The notes under the pieces were generated by a model. The model was not told where the DNA came from and did no database searches. It was given only the letters and a program-made list of their open reading frames with translations. Below, in pieces: positions 29,142 to 38,963 of a DNA stretch of 64,000 nucleotides. The stretch is taken from contig JASFYF010000001.1 in the NCBI GenBank assembly GCA_030055465.1, forward strand, positions 958,581 to 1,022,580. The letters run 5' to 3'. The position numbers and the translations under genes are program-made. Every line of letters starts with the position of its first letter. Position 1 is the stretch's first letter. This DNA is from Candidatus Nezhaarchaeota archaeon (lineage in GTDB: Archaea; Thermoproteota; Methanomethylicia; Nezhaarchaeales; WYZ-LMO8).

Positions 29142-30104
29142 ATGGTTGAGCACGACGCTAAGCTCAGGGGGACATGTGGCCACTGCCATGAAATGGCCGA
29201 GCTCGTTAGGCTTAATTATGCGAAGCTTAGCCTCTGTGAAAGTTGCTTTCTCAAATTTGTGGAGCGCAAGGTTGATAGAACCATAAAGGCATACAAAATG
29301 GTCAAGAGAGATGACGTTTTGCTACTTGCTCTTTCGGGTGGTAAAGACAGCTCAGCTTTACTTCACATACTTAGAGTAGTTGCGCCCGAGGTCAAGATTA
29401 TGTGTTTGCACGTGGACCTCGGCATTCCGAGCTTCTCCCAAGAATGTCGAAAGAGGGCTGAAGAGATGGCACGTCGGGAGGGCGTTGAGCTCACGATAAT
29501 GGACTTGGGTGAGTTCTTAGGCTGCACGATAAGTGACATAGCATTTTTAAGTGATTACAGGAGAAGGATCTGCTCTGTTTGTGGCCTCGCCAAGAGGTAC
29601 ATAATGAACTACGTTGGGAGTACTCGTGGTGCAACCAAAATCGTAACTGGGCACAACCTAGATGATGTAACTGCTATTTTATGGGATTTCTACATGACGG
29701 GTGAGTTGTTGGAGGCAGTGAAGATACAGCCGGTTACCCAGCCCCTTCATGTAAAGTCCCTCCCTAGGATAAAGCCCCTTATCGAGTTGACGGACTTCGA
29801 AATTAAAACCTACGCGGACTTGAAGGGGTTGCCTTATGCTTCCGCCCAATGCTCTCTAGGTCGCGAATCCAAACTTAACAGGAGGAAAAAGCTCATGAAC
29901 ATTATAGAGTCGTCTCGTCCGGGGTTTAAACATACCCTATTAAAATCACATGTTAAGAGGGTAACGCCCTTGATCTCCAAGGTAAGATTGGCCAGCGAGC
30001 CATATTCGTGGACTTCATGTGCCAGATGCGGAATGCCATCTCTAAGAGACCTATGCAGAATGTGTAGGCTTAAAGACGAACTTCAACTGAAGCTCAAGGT
30101 GTGA
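29142..30104 (+). CDS. PP-loop ATPase, TtuA/Ncs6-type tRNA 2-thiolation enzyme
   Basis: N-terminal CGHC..CESC, PP-loop LSGGKDSS, CSVCG, and C-terminal CARCG..CRMC zinc-finger pairs. Confidence 0.75.
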   Translation: MVEHDAKLRGTCGHCHEMAELVRLNYAKLSLCESCFLKFVERKVDRTIKAYKMVKRDDVLLLALSGGKDSSALLHILRVVAPEVKIMCLHVDLGIPSFSQECRKRAEEMARREGVELTIMDLGEFLGCTISDIAFLSDYRRRICSVCGLAKRYIMNYVGSTRGATKIVTGHNLDDVTAILWDFYMTGELLEAVKIQPVTQPLHVKSLPRIKPLIELTDFEIKTYADLKGLPYASAQCSLGRESKLNRRKKLMNIIESSRPGFKHTLLKSHVKRVTPLISKVRLASEPYSWTSCARCGMPSLRDLCRMCRLKDELQLKLKV

Positions 30105-30246
30105 TGAACATTTTTCACAAGTTTTTATGAAACAATGATGTGGAGCACAACATTAGAGTGACACTTTTCTATGGAAGTACATTTGCACTAAGGGTTATTA
30201 GGCTCTACATCACATATAATTAGCGCTGCTTTCTACACGAACCCTA

Positions 30247-31470
30247 GTGGTGTCAAGCTTGTCCATCGATGAGATAATTCAAAAGGTCTTGACCGCTCGA
30301 ATATTTAAAGACAGGGAGAGGTTAAGGCCAGACTACGTTCCAGAAAACCTCCCTCATAGGGAGAGGGAGATAAATAGGCTTGCTGAAATACTGGCTCCCG
30401 CTGTCAAGGGAGCAAGACCCTCTAACGCATTTATCTATGGACTTCCGGGAACCGGAAAAACGGCGGTAACTAGGTACGTATTAAGAAAAATTGACTCCTA
30501 CTCGAAGAACTATGCTCCCAGCGTGGGGTTGAGGTTTGCTTACATAAATTGTCGAAATGAAAACACAAATTATAGGGTTCTTTTCACCTTGTGCTGTTGC
30601 TTAGATGAGAAGGTGCCGTTTACAGGCCTGTCGACGGCTGAACTCTTCAGAAGGTTCGTTAGAACTCTTAACACGCAAAGAATGCTCTTCTTCGTGGTTC
30701 TGGATGAGGTTGACTTCCTTGTTAAGGTAAGCGGCGACGATGTTCTCTACAAGTTAACGCGAATAAACCCTGAACTACATGAGGCTAGGCTATCGATAAT
30801 CGGGATCACGAACGACTTGAACTTCGTTGAGTACTTAGATCCCAGAGTAAAGAGCTCTCTAGGCGAGGAGGAACTGGTTTTCAGGCCATATACAACTGAG
30901 GAGCTCGCGGACATACTTCTCCAACGAGCGAGGACGGCCTTTAACGAAGGAGTCCTAGAGGAATCGGTGATACCCCTTTGCGCTTCCTTAGCCGCCCGGG
31001 AGCATGGAGATGCTAGGAGGGCGCTGGACCTTTTGAGGGTTGCCGCTGAAATAGCTGAGAGAGAGGGCTCCCCTAGAGTTCTTGAGGAACATGTGAGGAG
31101 GGCCTACGGGGAAATAGAAAAAGATAGGGCCGTAGAGATCGTGAAGTCAATGCCGCTCCACACGAAACTGGTTGTTGCAGCTGTTTATCTTTTGAGGAAC
31201 AAGAAATGTGAAGCCACAACTGGAGAGATATACGACGCCTACAAAAGTTTATGCCGAAAGCTCATGATGGATGAGTTAACGCAAAGGAGGATAAGCGACA
31301 TACTGAACGAGCTTGATATGCTTGGAGTGGTCAACGCCAAGGTTACAAGCAAGGGTAGGTATGGTAGGACAAAGGTTGTCAGGCTCGCGATAAGCGAGAA
31401 GGCGTTGATAGATGGCTTGAAGAGCGATGTGAGGCTTTCTTCCTTTCTCTCCTGCGAGATCTTGGGCTGA
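30247..31470 (+). CDS. cdc6: Orc1/Cdc6 replication initiator
   Basis: 407 aa with LPHREREI, Walker A GLPGTGKT, Walker B VVLDEVD and a C-terminal winged helix. GTG start. Confidence 0.92.
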   Translation: MVSSLSIDEIIQKVLTARIFKDRERLRPDYVPENLPHREREINRLAEILAPAVKGARPSNAFIYGLPGTGKTAVTRYVLRKIDSYSKNYAPSVGLRFAYINCRNENTNYRVLFTLCCCLDEKVPFTGLSTAELFRRFVRTLNTQRMLFFVVLDEVDFLVKVSGDDVLYKLTRINPELHEARLSIIGITNDLNFVEYLDPRVKSSLGEEELVFRPYTTEELADILLQRARTAFNEGVLEESVIPLCASLAAREHGDARRALDLLRVAAEIAEREGSPRVLEEHVRRAYGEIEKDRAVEIVKSMPLHTKLVVAAVYLLRNKKCEATTGEIYDAYKSLCRKLMMDELTQRRISDILNELDMLGVVNAKVTSKGRYGRTKVVRLAISEKALIDGLKSDVRLSSFLSCEILG

Positions 31471-31475
31471 GGCTC

Positions 31476-32054
31476 GTGAGAGAGTTGAAAGCTCTGGGAG
31501 TTGAAGATGGATCGTTTGACCCTCGCGACCTCAAAAGAAGAGGCAAAACGATACTATGTTGTACGTTAATGGAAAACCTCCGCTTCGAGGACGTGCGCTT
31601 GAGACTAATAGAGGTAGATGGCCTTGATGCTACGGAGAAGCTGATTGACATGGCAAAAACCCTCGAAACCGCGGATGTTATTATGTTGGGTGGAATAACC
31701 TTTGCTGGCTTCAACTTGGTAGATCCCGTCGAGGTGTACGGGCAATTCAAAGTGCCAATTATAGTAGTTACGCGCGATAAACCGGATAATCAATCGGTTC
31801 TCGAGGCTCTTAAAAAACACTTTGCGGACTGGAGCATCCGCTACGAAGTTTTCAGGAGGCTAGCTGACATAAGTCCAGTATACGAATTAAAGCCGAGTCC
31901 CAAGGAGAACCCGGTATACGTGGAGGTCGTCGGAATGGCCGTTGAAGAGGCCTTCGAAGTCTTGAAGAAGACAACCATTAGAGGCAGGATGCCTGAACCT
32001 ATAAGGCTCGCAAACTCCATAGCCAAGGCAGCTTCCCGATTAACCTGCAGTTGA
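31476..32054 (+). CDS. DUF99/UPF0215-family protein
   Basis: 192 aa with the GVEDGSF motif and the size of this family. Confidence 0.65.
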   Translation: MRELKALGVEDGSFDPRDLKRRGKTILCCTLMENLRFEDVRLRLIEVDGLDATEKLIDMAKTLETADVIMLGGITFAGFNLVDPVEVYGQFKVPIIVVTRDKPDNQSVLEALKKHFADWSIRYEVFRRLADISPVYELKPSPKENPVYVEVVGMAVEEAFEVLKKTTIRGRMPEPIRLANSIAKAASRLTCS

Positions 32055-32142
32055 AAGCTTTGATTTGAAGAGCTGAAGGTTAAGCGCTCCCAGGAAACCT
32101 AAAAGTGAGGGCCTCTACCAATGATGATAGGTGGCATAAGCA

Positions 32143-33132
32143 ATGCTATCTCAGTTCAGGAAAATATTGGGGACCAAAAGCGGGAGCTTCCTAGTAGCTG
32201 TTCCCAAGAGCTGGGCATTGAAGATGAAGATTAAGGGCGGCGATCAAGTACTCGTCGAGGAGCTCGACGATGGCTCACTCCTAATTAAACCCCAACACGA
32301 GACTGAAAACGAAAGCGAGAAGCTTAGCGAAACAACCATTGAGTACAGCGAAACCATTGAGAGGGACGTCCTTGGAAGGTACTTAATGGGCTACGACATC
32401 ATTAGGGTCACATCACCGTTTAAGATTACTTCAGACCAGAAGGAAAGGATAAAGAAGGCCATAACCTCGCTGATAGGCGTTGAGGTAATAGAGGAGAAGC
32501 CAAACGAAGTGGTGCTTCAATGCCTCCTTTCCCCCCTAGCAGTTCAGTTGAAGACGTTATTTAAGAGGGCTTACGTCATCGCCCAGCAGATGCATGGAGA
32601 CTCAATGATGGCCCTACTTGAACGCGACGTTGAGCTAGCCCAAAACACCATTAAAAGAGATGAAGACCTCAACAGGATATATTTCCTCATAGTGAGGCAG
32701 CTTAGAACAATAATAAGGAACCCGCGATTGGCCGATAAAGCCGGCATAAAGCTCTATGAATGTTTGGACTACAGGCTTGCAGCTAAGTCTATTGAGAGCG
32801 TAGGCGATGAAGCCGTTTCAATAGCTGCAAACGTGGCGGAGCTCTTGTCTCTAGGGCAGAGTTTAGAGATAGAGTCCGAGGTAGTCGAGCTAAGCAGTCT
32901 CGTAGATAGAATGCTTGCAGAGGCCTTTAAAGCATTCATGAAGTCGGATTACGCTTTAGCCAGCGAAGTTATAAAGCTGAGTCACAAAGCTCATAGCATA
33001 GCCAACTCCCTAAACGTAAAAGTGTTGAAGTTACCGCCTAAGCTTGCCTTTCACGTGAACTCAATAGCGATGAGCCTTAAGATCATAGGGGACATAAGCG
33101 TCGACATAGCTGATCTCGTTGTTAGGTCCTAG
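32143..33132 (+). CDS. PhoU-family regulator with N-terminal AbrB/SpoVT-like domain
   Basis: 329 aa. SFLVAVPKSWALKMKIKGGDQVLVEE is followed by two PhoU-like helical repeats. Confidence 0.8.
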   Translation: MLSQFRKILGTKSGSFLVAVPKSWALKMKIKGGDQVLVEELDDGSLLIKPQHETENESEKLSETTIEYSETIERDVLGRYLMGYDIIRVTSPFKITSDQKERIKKAITSLIGVEVIEEKPNEVVLQCLLSPLAVQLKTLFKRAYVIAQQMHGDSMMALLERDVELAQNTIKRDEDLNRIYFLIVRQLRTIIRNPRLADKAGIKLYECLDYRLAAKSIESVGDEAVSIAANVAELLSLGQSLEIESEVVELSSLVDRMLAEAFKAFMKSDYALASEVIKLSHKAHSIANSLNVKVLKLPPKLAFHVNSIAMSLKIIGDISVDIADLVVRS

Positions 33133-34495
33133 GTTCAAGAGCCCTCAAAAGTAGCCTCTTTCCCCTATCTACGATGTCGCCAAGCTCACTCGCATCTTTA
33201 GCCTCAGCATAAAGTCTTATCTTGGGCTCCGTGCCTGAAGCTCGAATCAAAATCCAAGCACCGCTCTTGCGGTTTACTCGCACTCCATCAAAAGTCCACA
33301 CGCTTTCAACGTTGCCCACAGCGCCTTCAAGTTCTTCCCTTATAAAATCCATGACTGTCGCTTTACGCTCTTCTTGGCATGGAAAGCTCTCTCTAACTTG
33401 GGGGTAGCTAGGTATATCCCTTAGCAGTTGACTTAACTTCAATCCGCATTGAAGCAAATCGTACACTATAATTGCCCCTGTCAGAATCCCGTCGGCCCAG
33501 GGACCCCACTGAGGCGTTATTATTTTCCAAGGTTCTGCAGCTATAGCTACATTGCCGCGCTTAAATAGTTCTACGTGCGTTTTTCCAAGCCTCGTCCTAA
33601 TAACCTCTCCACCTACAGCTTCTACAACTTCATCTATACACCTTGAGGTATCCACCGTTGTGATTACGTTTTTTCCTTCTCCTCTCTCCACAGCCCTCTT
33701 AGCCATATAGGCTATCACCCTATCGTTAGCTACTGGCTCCCCATTAGAGTCGAGGATGGCCACCCTGTCAGCATCGCCGTCGTGGGCCAAAGCTAAATGC
33801 GCCCGCACTTCCTTCGTGTATGAGCCCAAGCTGACAAGGACATCGGGCCTAGGCTCCGGCTCTCTGGCTGAGAAGAAACCATCTATGTTGGCATTTACAG
33901 CTGTAACCTTGGCGCCCAGCATCGACAGCAGCCTTGGGGTTATGAGCGAAGCCGGGCCATTGCAGCAGTCGACGATTACCTTTATATCCGATGCCGTTCT
34001 CGCGGCATCCTCAGCTAGGAAGCTCACAGCATCATCAATGTATTCCTCCGGCGCCCTCGTATATTCAAGGCATAAGCCTATATGAGTCCACGAACTCATG
34101 AGAAAACCACCTTCAAGGATCCTTTTCTCGAGCATCTCCTCTTGGTCTGGCATCAGCTCCCACCCCTCAGATTTGTAGATCTTAAACCCATTGTACTCGG
34201 GAGGATTATGGCTTGCTGTGACGAGAACCCCGAAGTCTAGAACCTTCCTCTTGATTAGGTATGCCACGAGGGGTAGAGGCGACAACCCTAACCTCCTCAC
34301 CTCGCAGCCTTGAGATAGGAGACCTGAAATTAGGGCAAACTCTAAAACCTGAGAGGTGACCCTGCAATCGACGCCGACAACGCATTTTAAGCCAAAAATT
34401 GAAGGAAGCACGCATCCCAACTTAAACCCCAGCAGAGGCGACACTTCAGAGGGGTAAACGCCCCTTATGCCGCTTGTGCTGAAAAGCTTTTTCAA
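33122..34495 (-). CDS. phosphoglucosamine/phosphomanno-mutase family enzyme
   Basis: 457 aa with active-site TASHNPPEYNGFK and the metal loop HDGDADR. TTG start. Confidence 0.9.
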   Translation of the reverse strand: MKKLFSTSGIRGVYPSEVSPLLGFKLGCVLPSIFGLKCVVGVDCRVTSQVLEFALISGLLSQGCEVRRLGLSPLPLVAYLIKRKVLDFGVLVTASHNPPEYNGFKIYKSEGWELMPDQEEMLEKRILEGGFLMSSWTHIGLCLEYTRAPEEYIDDAVSFLAEDAARTASDIKVIVDCCNGPASLITPRLLSMLGAKVTAVNANIDGFFSAREPEPRPDVLVSLGSYTKEVRAHLALAHDGDADRVAILDSNGEPVANDRVIAYMAKRAVERGEGKNVITTVDTSRCIDEVVEAVGGEVIRTRLGKTHVELFKRGNVAIAAEPWKIITPQWGPWADGILTGAIIVYDLLQCGLKLSQLLRDIPSYPQVRESFPCQEERKATVMDFIREELEGAVGNVESVWTFDGVRVNRKSGAWILIRASGTEPKIRLYAEAKDASELGDIVDRGKRLLLRALEPRT

Positions 34496-34540
34496 TTCAG
34501 CAACCTCCTAGTTGTAGAAATATAAGGCCCTCCACAGATT

Positions 34541-34648
34541 AACTTCGCGAGCCGGGGTGGCTGAGTGGACAAAGCGCCGGCCTCGAGATCTCATGGAGTT
34601 TGAGGCCAGAAAGCCGGTGCCCCAAGGGGGCACGCGGGTTCAAATCCC
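34541..34648 (+). tRNA. tRNA-Ser(CGA), class II, with a ~24-nt intron at position 37/38 (about 34578-34601)
   Basis: Acceptor GCCGGGG/CCCCGGC. Anticodon stem CCGGC...GCCGG is interrupted after CTCGAG. Long variable arm. T arm GCGGG-TTCAAAT-CCCGC. No encoded CCA. Confidence 0.85.
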
Positions 34649-34930
34649 GCCCCCGGCGCTAGTGCATCACCACTTCTACGAAGCAACTGAAACCCAGAGG
34701 GCTCAACGTCCATAAAAGGCTGGTTTTCACCTCTCTTTTGCTGGAGTGCGTGAAAACCATGAATTCGAGATCGATTGATAAAATGCGTATAAACATGGAC
34801 CTCCACTAATATGACCGTTAAACTACATCTAACCCTCCAATCCTTCACTTCATAATACCATAGTGGTGATGATGCTTTACGAGCCTAAACGTTATTTTAC
34901 GGAGCGCGAAGACATTATGAGTGAGGTACA

Positions 34931-35434
34931 GTGAGCGGAGATGTAGTTGAGGGCTTCGAGTTTTTCGCAGCTTACAAGGTATGCATAGCCTATCCCTCAG
35001 ATTGGGAATTACAAATCAACGCCTTGAAGAGAAGTCAAGGCTTCATATCGTTTAAGAGCAAAAAAGATGAAAGGTACACTTGCTCCTTGACGTGGGGGCC
35101 CCTTAAAGATGTCAAGAAAAAATCGGAGAGCCTTGAAGGTCATGTTGAAAGCATCATTGGGGACCTCAAAAATAAAAGGGGAATCAAGAACTTCAAACTC
35201 CTAGAAGAGAAGAAGATCACGGTAAATGATCATGAGGCAATGCTATTTCGAGCTGAGGTCGACTTCAGGTCTGGAGCTCTGTTCTCTAAGACCTGCATAT
35301 CCACCGTCATCCAGGCGCTCTACCTCTATTGCGAGGAAAGCGAAAGGTACCTAATACTCTACGCTTTAAGCCCGATAGGAGACGAGTTTTTCTCGGCTTT
35401 CAATTACATGGTTGAGTCGTTACGCTGCCATTAA
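34931..35434 (+). CDS. hypothetical protein
   Basis: 167-aa ORF with protein-like composition. No family recognised. Confidence 0.5.
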   Translation: MSGDVVEGFEFFAAYKVCIAYPSDWELQINALKRSQGFISFKSKKDERYTCSLTWGPLKDVKKKSESLEGHVESIIGDLKNKRGIKNFKLLEEKKITVNDHEAMLFRAEVDFRSGALFSKTCISTVIQALYLYCEESERYLILYALSPIGDEFFSAFNYMVESLRCH

Positions 35435-36605
35435 TGATCGCCATTTTTGATAGCCTCTGCGCTTCAAAGCTTACTATTGTTAATAAGCCACCACTTGTAA
35501 TCCATGTTGTGGCGGCATCTTCTTAAAGTTTTTAATATGGTCCAAGCGCTTAAAGCCGCCACCTCTTAGCGCTTTCAATGGTTATACCCCTCGAGGTTTT
35601 TAAGCTGGGTTTTTGGTTATTCTACCTGCGCTGAGAGAAAACCTAACGACGAGGTCATTCCCGCCTACTCGTATCCGTGACTCGTTGACGAAAAGATCAC
35701 TATCTTTTGAAGTCCTTCTACATCAATCAGGAGGCACGCATGTATGCCAGCTAATCCCACTTACCGGTAGGTTGGCGTTGGAACGCGCAGCCCGAAGGAG
35801 GCTTCCTGTGCACGGCTTAGCTCTTGTTGCATCCAGTTTAGCTACAACATTGTCGTCGTATGTCCCCGCGATGCTCTTCCAAAACGCAAAGAGCACTTAA
35901 ACGTGAGCGGGAGACGGGGGCCGTGACCACAACGTTAATCTTCCTTTTGGCCGCGCACAGGAGCCCAGTTGCCTTCAAGCCCGAAGCGGCGTTGAACTTT
36001 AAGGGTTCAACGTGGTTTATGAATTCCGAATCGAGACTCACAAGCCGATGCCTCCATGTTACTGTCACTTCAACTTATTGACAAGGCTCCTTGAAAATAG
36101 CCTTTCTAACGCCTATTCTGAACTGTGGCTTTAGTAGCCTCTTCCAGGGGGAAACCTGAATACAGCGCTTAGGCCGAGAGAATATGGATGAGGACAGCAC
36201 GGCACTTATTCTGCCGCCTCCCAACGCCTTCAATAAGCCTCCAGTTGTTCGGCCTTAAGCCCTTCCGTGACATACAATAGTAGCATGTCTTGGAATGAGC
36301 CTATCACTGCTTCGGCGCGTTCAAGTATAATAAGACAATATGTGGATCTTGGGTTGCTTCCCTAAGGTTTTAAGGCACTGGATCACATGTGAATCACCGT
36401 TAAGTAGGGGGGTCGTAACGTGCAAGAGGGATGAGGTCTTATTGATGACATCAACGCAGTTGCTTGAAATGCGGGAAGTCATCCTCAGCTTTTTCTTAAG
36501 ATCAGAGGGGCAAAGAACTATCTTTATCTATGAGGGCTCTTAACACGTTATGTTATGCTCTTCAAAATGGCGTCTTTAACTTCTTGAGTTATCGTCTTTC
36601 AGCTT

Positions 36606-37115
36606 TTAACCTTGAGTTATTGTCACGCTTTTGATATAGGGCACCTTCAGTATTTCGGGTATCAGCTCTCCTGGAACTGGTTTTTCGGTTATTATTATTA
36701 GTTTGGGGTCTGGGTTGAGGTCGGGATCTTCAGCGTGGATTTGCCGTATACTTATCCCAGCCTTTGCTAGGATATCAGCTACGCTAGCTATTATACCAAC
36801 GGCATCAGGTTTAGCCCTTATTTCAAGTACTCCGTAGCTGAGAAGCGTAGCTACATCTCTTAGCAAGGCTCCCGCAGGCCTCAGTTTGGTGAAAACTCCT
36901 CGTAGGATCTCATCATTCATTATGAACTTTACGGTGTCCCTAACGACCCGCCTATCAACATCTAAGACTTTGGCAATCTTCGTATCCGGTATTTCCACGT
37001 CTCCACAGTATACTTTGCTACCTTCACCTACTCTAAAGCCGTTCTCAACGAGCAATTTTGCTACCTTTAACTTTGCTGGTGAACCTTCAAACTTCTTAAC
37101 TATGATACCCCACAT
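36606..37115 (-). CDS. ACT-domain regulator of amino-acid metabolism (COG2150-like)
   Basis: 169 aa with an N-terminal HTH-like region (AKLLVENGFRV) and a C-terminal ACT-like domain. Confidence 0.65.
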   Translation of the reverse strand: MWGIIVKKFEGSPAKLKVAKLLVENGFRVGEGSKVYCGDVEIPDTKIAKVLDVDRRVVRDTVKFIMNDEILRGVFTKLRPAGALLRDVATLLSYGVLEIRAKPDAVGIIASVADILAKAGISIRQIHAEDPDLNPDPKLIIITEKPVPGELIPEILKVPYIKSVTITQG

Positions 37116-37252
37116 ACCTTAAAAAGAAGGGTGAGGGACGCTTAGAAATTCTTTACTCTCTTAATACCTTAACCTTGCTTGATGTCTGCCTTAAGCGGAG
37201 TGATGCTCTCCTCTGCGCGTAGAGGCTTGACCATTAAAGGGCAAAAACGCTG

Positions 37253-38026
37253 TTATCTTGAGCTGGCGACTTCACGCTCTTTGCTGTCATCTTTTTCCTC
37301 TATCCTCTCGGTTTTTTCCTGCTGTAGGGTGTAAGCTTCCACGAACTTAACGGTGTTGATATCCTTCAAGTACCGAGCAACGTCCAACGCTATTCCGCGC
37401 TTAGCGTATTGGAGTCCATCGTACGTGTAAGCCTCTGGGGGAACCTCTATTATCAGCGTTCCCGGCTCCGGAAACTCCACCTTGAACTTTTCCTTGTCTA
37501 TCCTTTTTATCCTTGCGTGTATAAGCTCCTTTACTTTCTCCTTTGTCTCGTCAACTTTTTTCACGACTTTTAATTCGCACACTATAGTTCTACCAGCTAA
37601 CGGATGATTGAAATCGAGGACAACCCTGCCGCCCTCAGCCCTTCTCACAATGGCTAAACCGTCTTCCGTCTCTACCCTAGCCCCAAGCTTGGGGGCAATA
37701 CCCCGCTTCGCCAACTCTCTTGCGTTCACTATCTTAACCTTGTTCGGGTCCCTCTCGCCGAAAGCTTTGTCCGGCGGCACTTCAACTATACGGCTTTCTC
37801 CCACGTCCATTTTGTAGAGCTCTTCTTCCACTCCTTTAATTATGAGACCTTCACCTAGGATTACCAGTGCAGGCTCGTAGATGCCATCTTCCCTGTAAAC
37901 TTTCTCCTTCTTAGCGATCTCCTCTACAGTCAAGTCAACAACTTCGTTGGTGTCCTTGACCTTCATCACGTAATCGACGAGCAGAAAATCACCTTTCTGA
38001 AACGCCATCACAACACCTCTGTCCAC
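37253..38026 (-). CDS. FKBP-type peptidyl-prolyl cis-trans isomerase (long archaeal type)
   Basis: FKBP core with an insert-in-flap segment and a C-terminal domain. The probable start is the ATG at 38008 (MAFQKGDFLLVDY). Confidence 0.85.
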   Translation of the reverse strand: MDRGVVMAFQKGDFLLVDYVMKVKDTNEVVDLTVEEIAKKEKVYREDGIYEPALVILGEGLIIKGVEEELYKMDVGESRIVEVPPDKAFGERDPNKVKIVNARELAKRGIAPKLGARVETEDGLAIVRRAEGGRVVLDFNHPLAGRTIVCELKVVKKVDETKEKVKELIHARIKRIDKEKFKVEFPEPGTLIIEVPPEAYTYDGLQYAKRGIALDVARYLKDINTVKFVEAYTLQQEKTERIEEKDDSKEREVASSR

Positions 38027-38093
38027 TCTTTTAGCGCAGAAAGTTGCAGACGGCTATACTTATAAGTTCCTCTCCAGCTGCTATTCTATTGCT

Positions 38094-38327
38094 ATGTGTT
38101 TAGCTGTACCAGCTAAAATCGTAGAGGTGAACGGAAACAAAGCAGTGGCCGACTTTGGAGGGGTAAGAAGAGAAATAATGTTGACTTTACTGGAGGAAGA
38201 AGTCCGGCCTGGAACGTATGTTCTCGTCCACACCGGTTACGCAATCCAAGTTCTAAACGAAGATGAAGCTAAAGAAACGCTAAAGTTATGGATGGAGATT
38301 GCGAGGGCAAGCGGTGTTGAGCTTTAA
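38094..38327 (+). CDS. hypC: hydrogenase maturation chaperone HypC/HupF
   Basis: Starts MCLAVPAKIVEV and is 77 aa long. Confidence 0.9.
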   Translation: MCLAVPAKIVEVNGNKAVADFGGVRREIMLTLLEEEVRPGTYVLVHTGYAIQVLNEDEAKETLKLWMEIARASGVEL

Positions 38328-38344
38328 ACTTGCCCATTAATCTT

Positions 38345-38911
38345 CTAAAGGGTAAAATCGTAGTTCCTAGTTTTTACGTTATCCACAAGCACCTCTTTCA
38401 CTGCCACGCTAAGACGCCTTCCATCAATTGTCAATATCGCAAAGCTTGGTATTAAAGACGCCTTTTCGTCACCTCCCCATACACCTGTCGCCGAGCCCGG
38501 GTTTACGATGACCACCCCGTGTGGTTCAACTCTGATTACTTGCGGGTAATGAGTGTGTCCGGTGACTAAAACGTCAACACATAGTTCTTTAGCTTTCTCG
38601 AGCAGCTTTTCTACGTCACCTCGAGGATAAACATCAAAGCCATGGTTAATGCCTACCTTCACTTGGTCTACACGAATTACGATTTGAACGGGCAAATCCA
38701 GCCTATCCATGTTTCCCCTCGCTGCGTAAACCTTTTTTCCGAGTTTTCTGAGCCATTCCATTACTGCCAGACTTGTCAAGTCACCGGTGCACACGACGAG
38801 GTCGTAGGTCTCTTTAGAAACTTCTAGCTCCAACGGCTTAGGCACCCACCTTGCCCTTGATGGTATGTGAAAATCGCCTATCGCCAATATCCGCGAAACC
38901 ATAGTGAACAC
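38345..38911 (-). CDS. YfcE/MJ0936-family metallophosphoesterase
   Basis: IGDFHIP, GDL, GNMD and VTGHTH motifs. Confidence 0.85.
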   Translation of the reverse strand: MFTMVSRILAIGDFHIPSRARWVPKPLELEVSKETYDLVVCTGDLTSLAVMEWLRKLGKKVYAARGNMDRLDLPVQIVIRVDQVKVGINHGFDVYPRGDVEKLLEKAKELCVDVLVTGHTHYPQVIRVEPHGVVIVNPGSATGVWGGDEKASLIPSFAILTIDGRRLSVAVKEVLVDNVKTRNYDFTL

Positions 38912-38963
38912 GCAGTAAGTATTTTAGTTAAACTAATTTTTAGGCTTCTACTTACAGCAAGGT

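Noticed and set aside
30101-30165. C/D box sRNA candidates: GTGATGA at 30101 with an ATGATGT further on, and also GGTGATGATG at about 34866.
   Set aside because: There are no properly spaced D' or D (CTGA) boxes and no terminal stem, so the motif matches are likely chance.
30105-30246. A replication origin with ORB / mini-ORB elements upstream of orc1/cdc6. The 28883-29141 gap was also checked.
   Set aside because: The region is only 142 bp and is not strongly AT-rich. I found no repeated ORB-like element. TTCTATGGAAG at about 30167 is a single weak resemblance to the mini-ORB core. An origin nearby remains plausible but is unsupported by the sequence I can see.
34591-34848. An 85-aa minus-strand ORF, and similarly the 27783-28103 ORF.
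   Set aside because: They overlap the tRNA-Ser and tRNA-Ala genes respectively. The tRNA models are far better supported.
35435-36605. RNase P RNA or SRP RNA in the ORF-free stretch.
   Set aside because: I looked on both strands for GAGGAAAGUCC (CR-I), ACAGAA..CGGCUUA (CR-V) and the SRP helix-8 CCGGAAGG..AGCA core. I found only partial look-alikes (GAAGTCC at about 35709, ACGGCTTAG at about 35812), with wrong spacing and no matching P4 partner strands.
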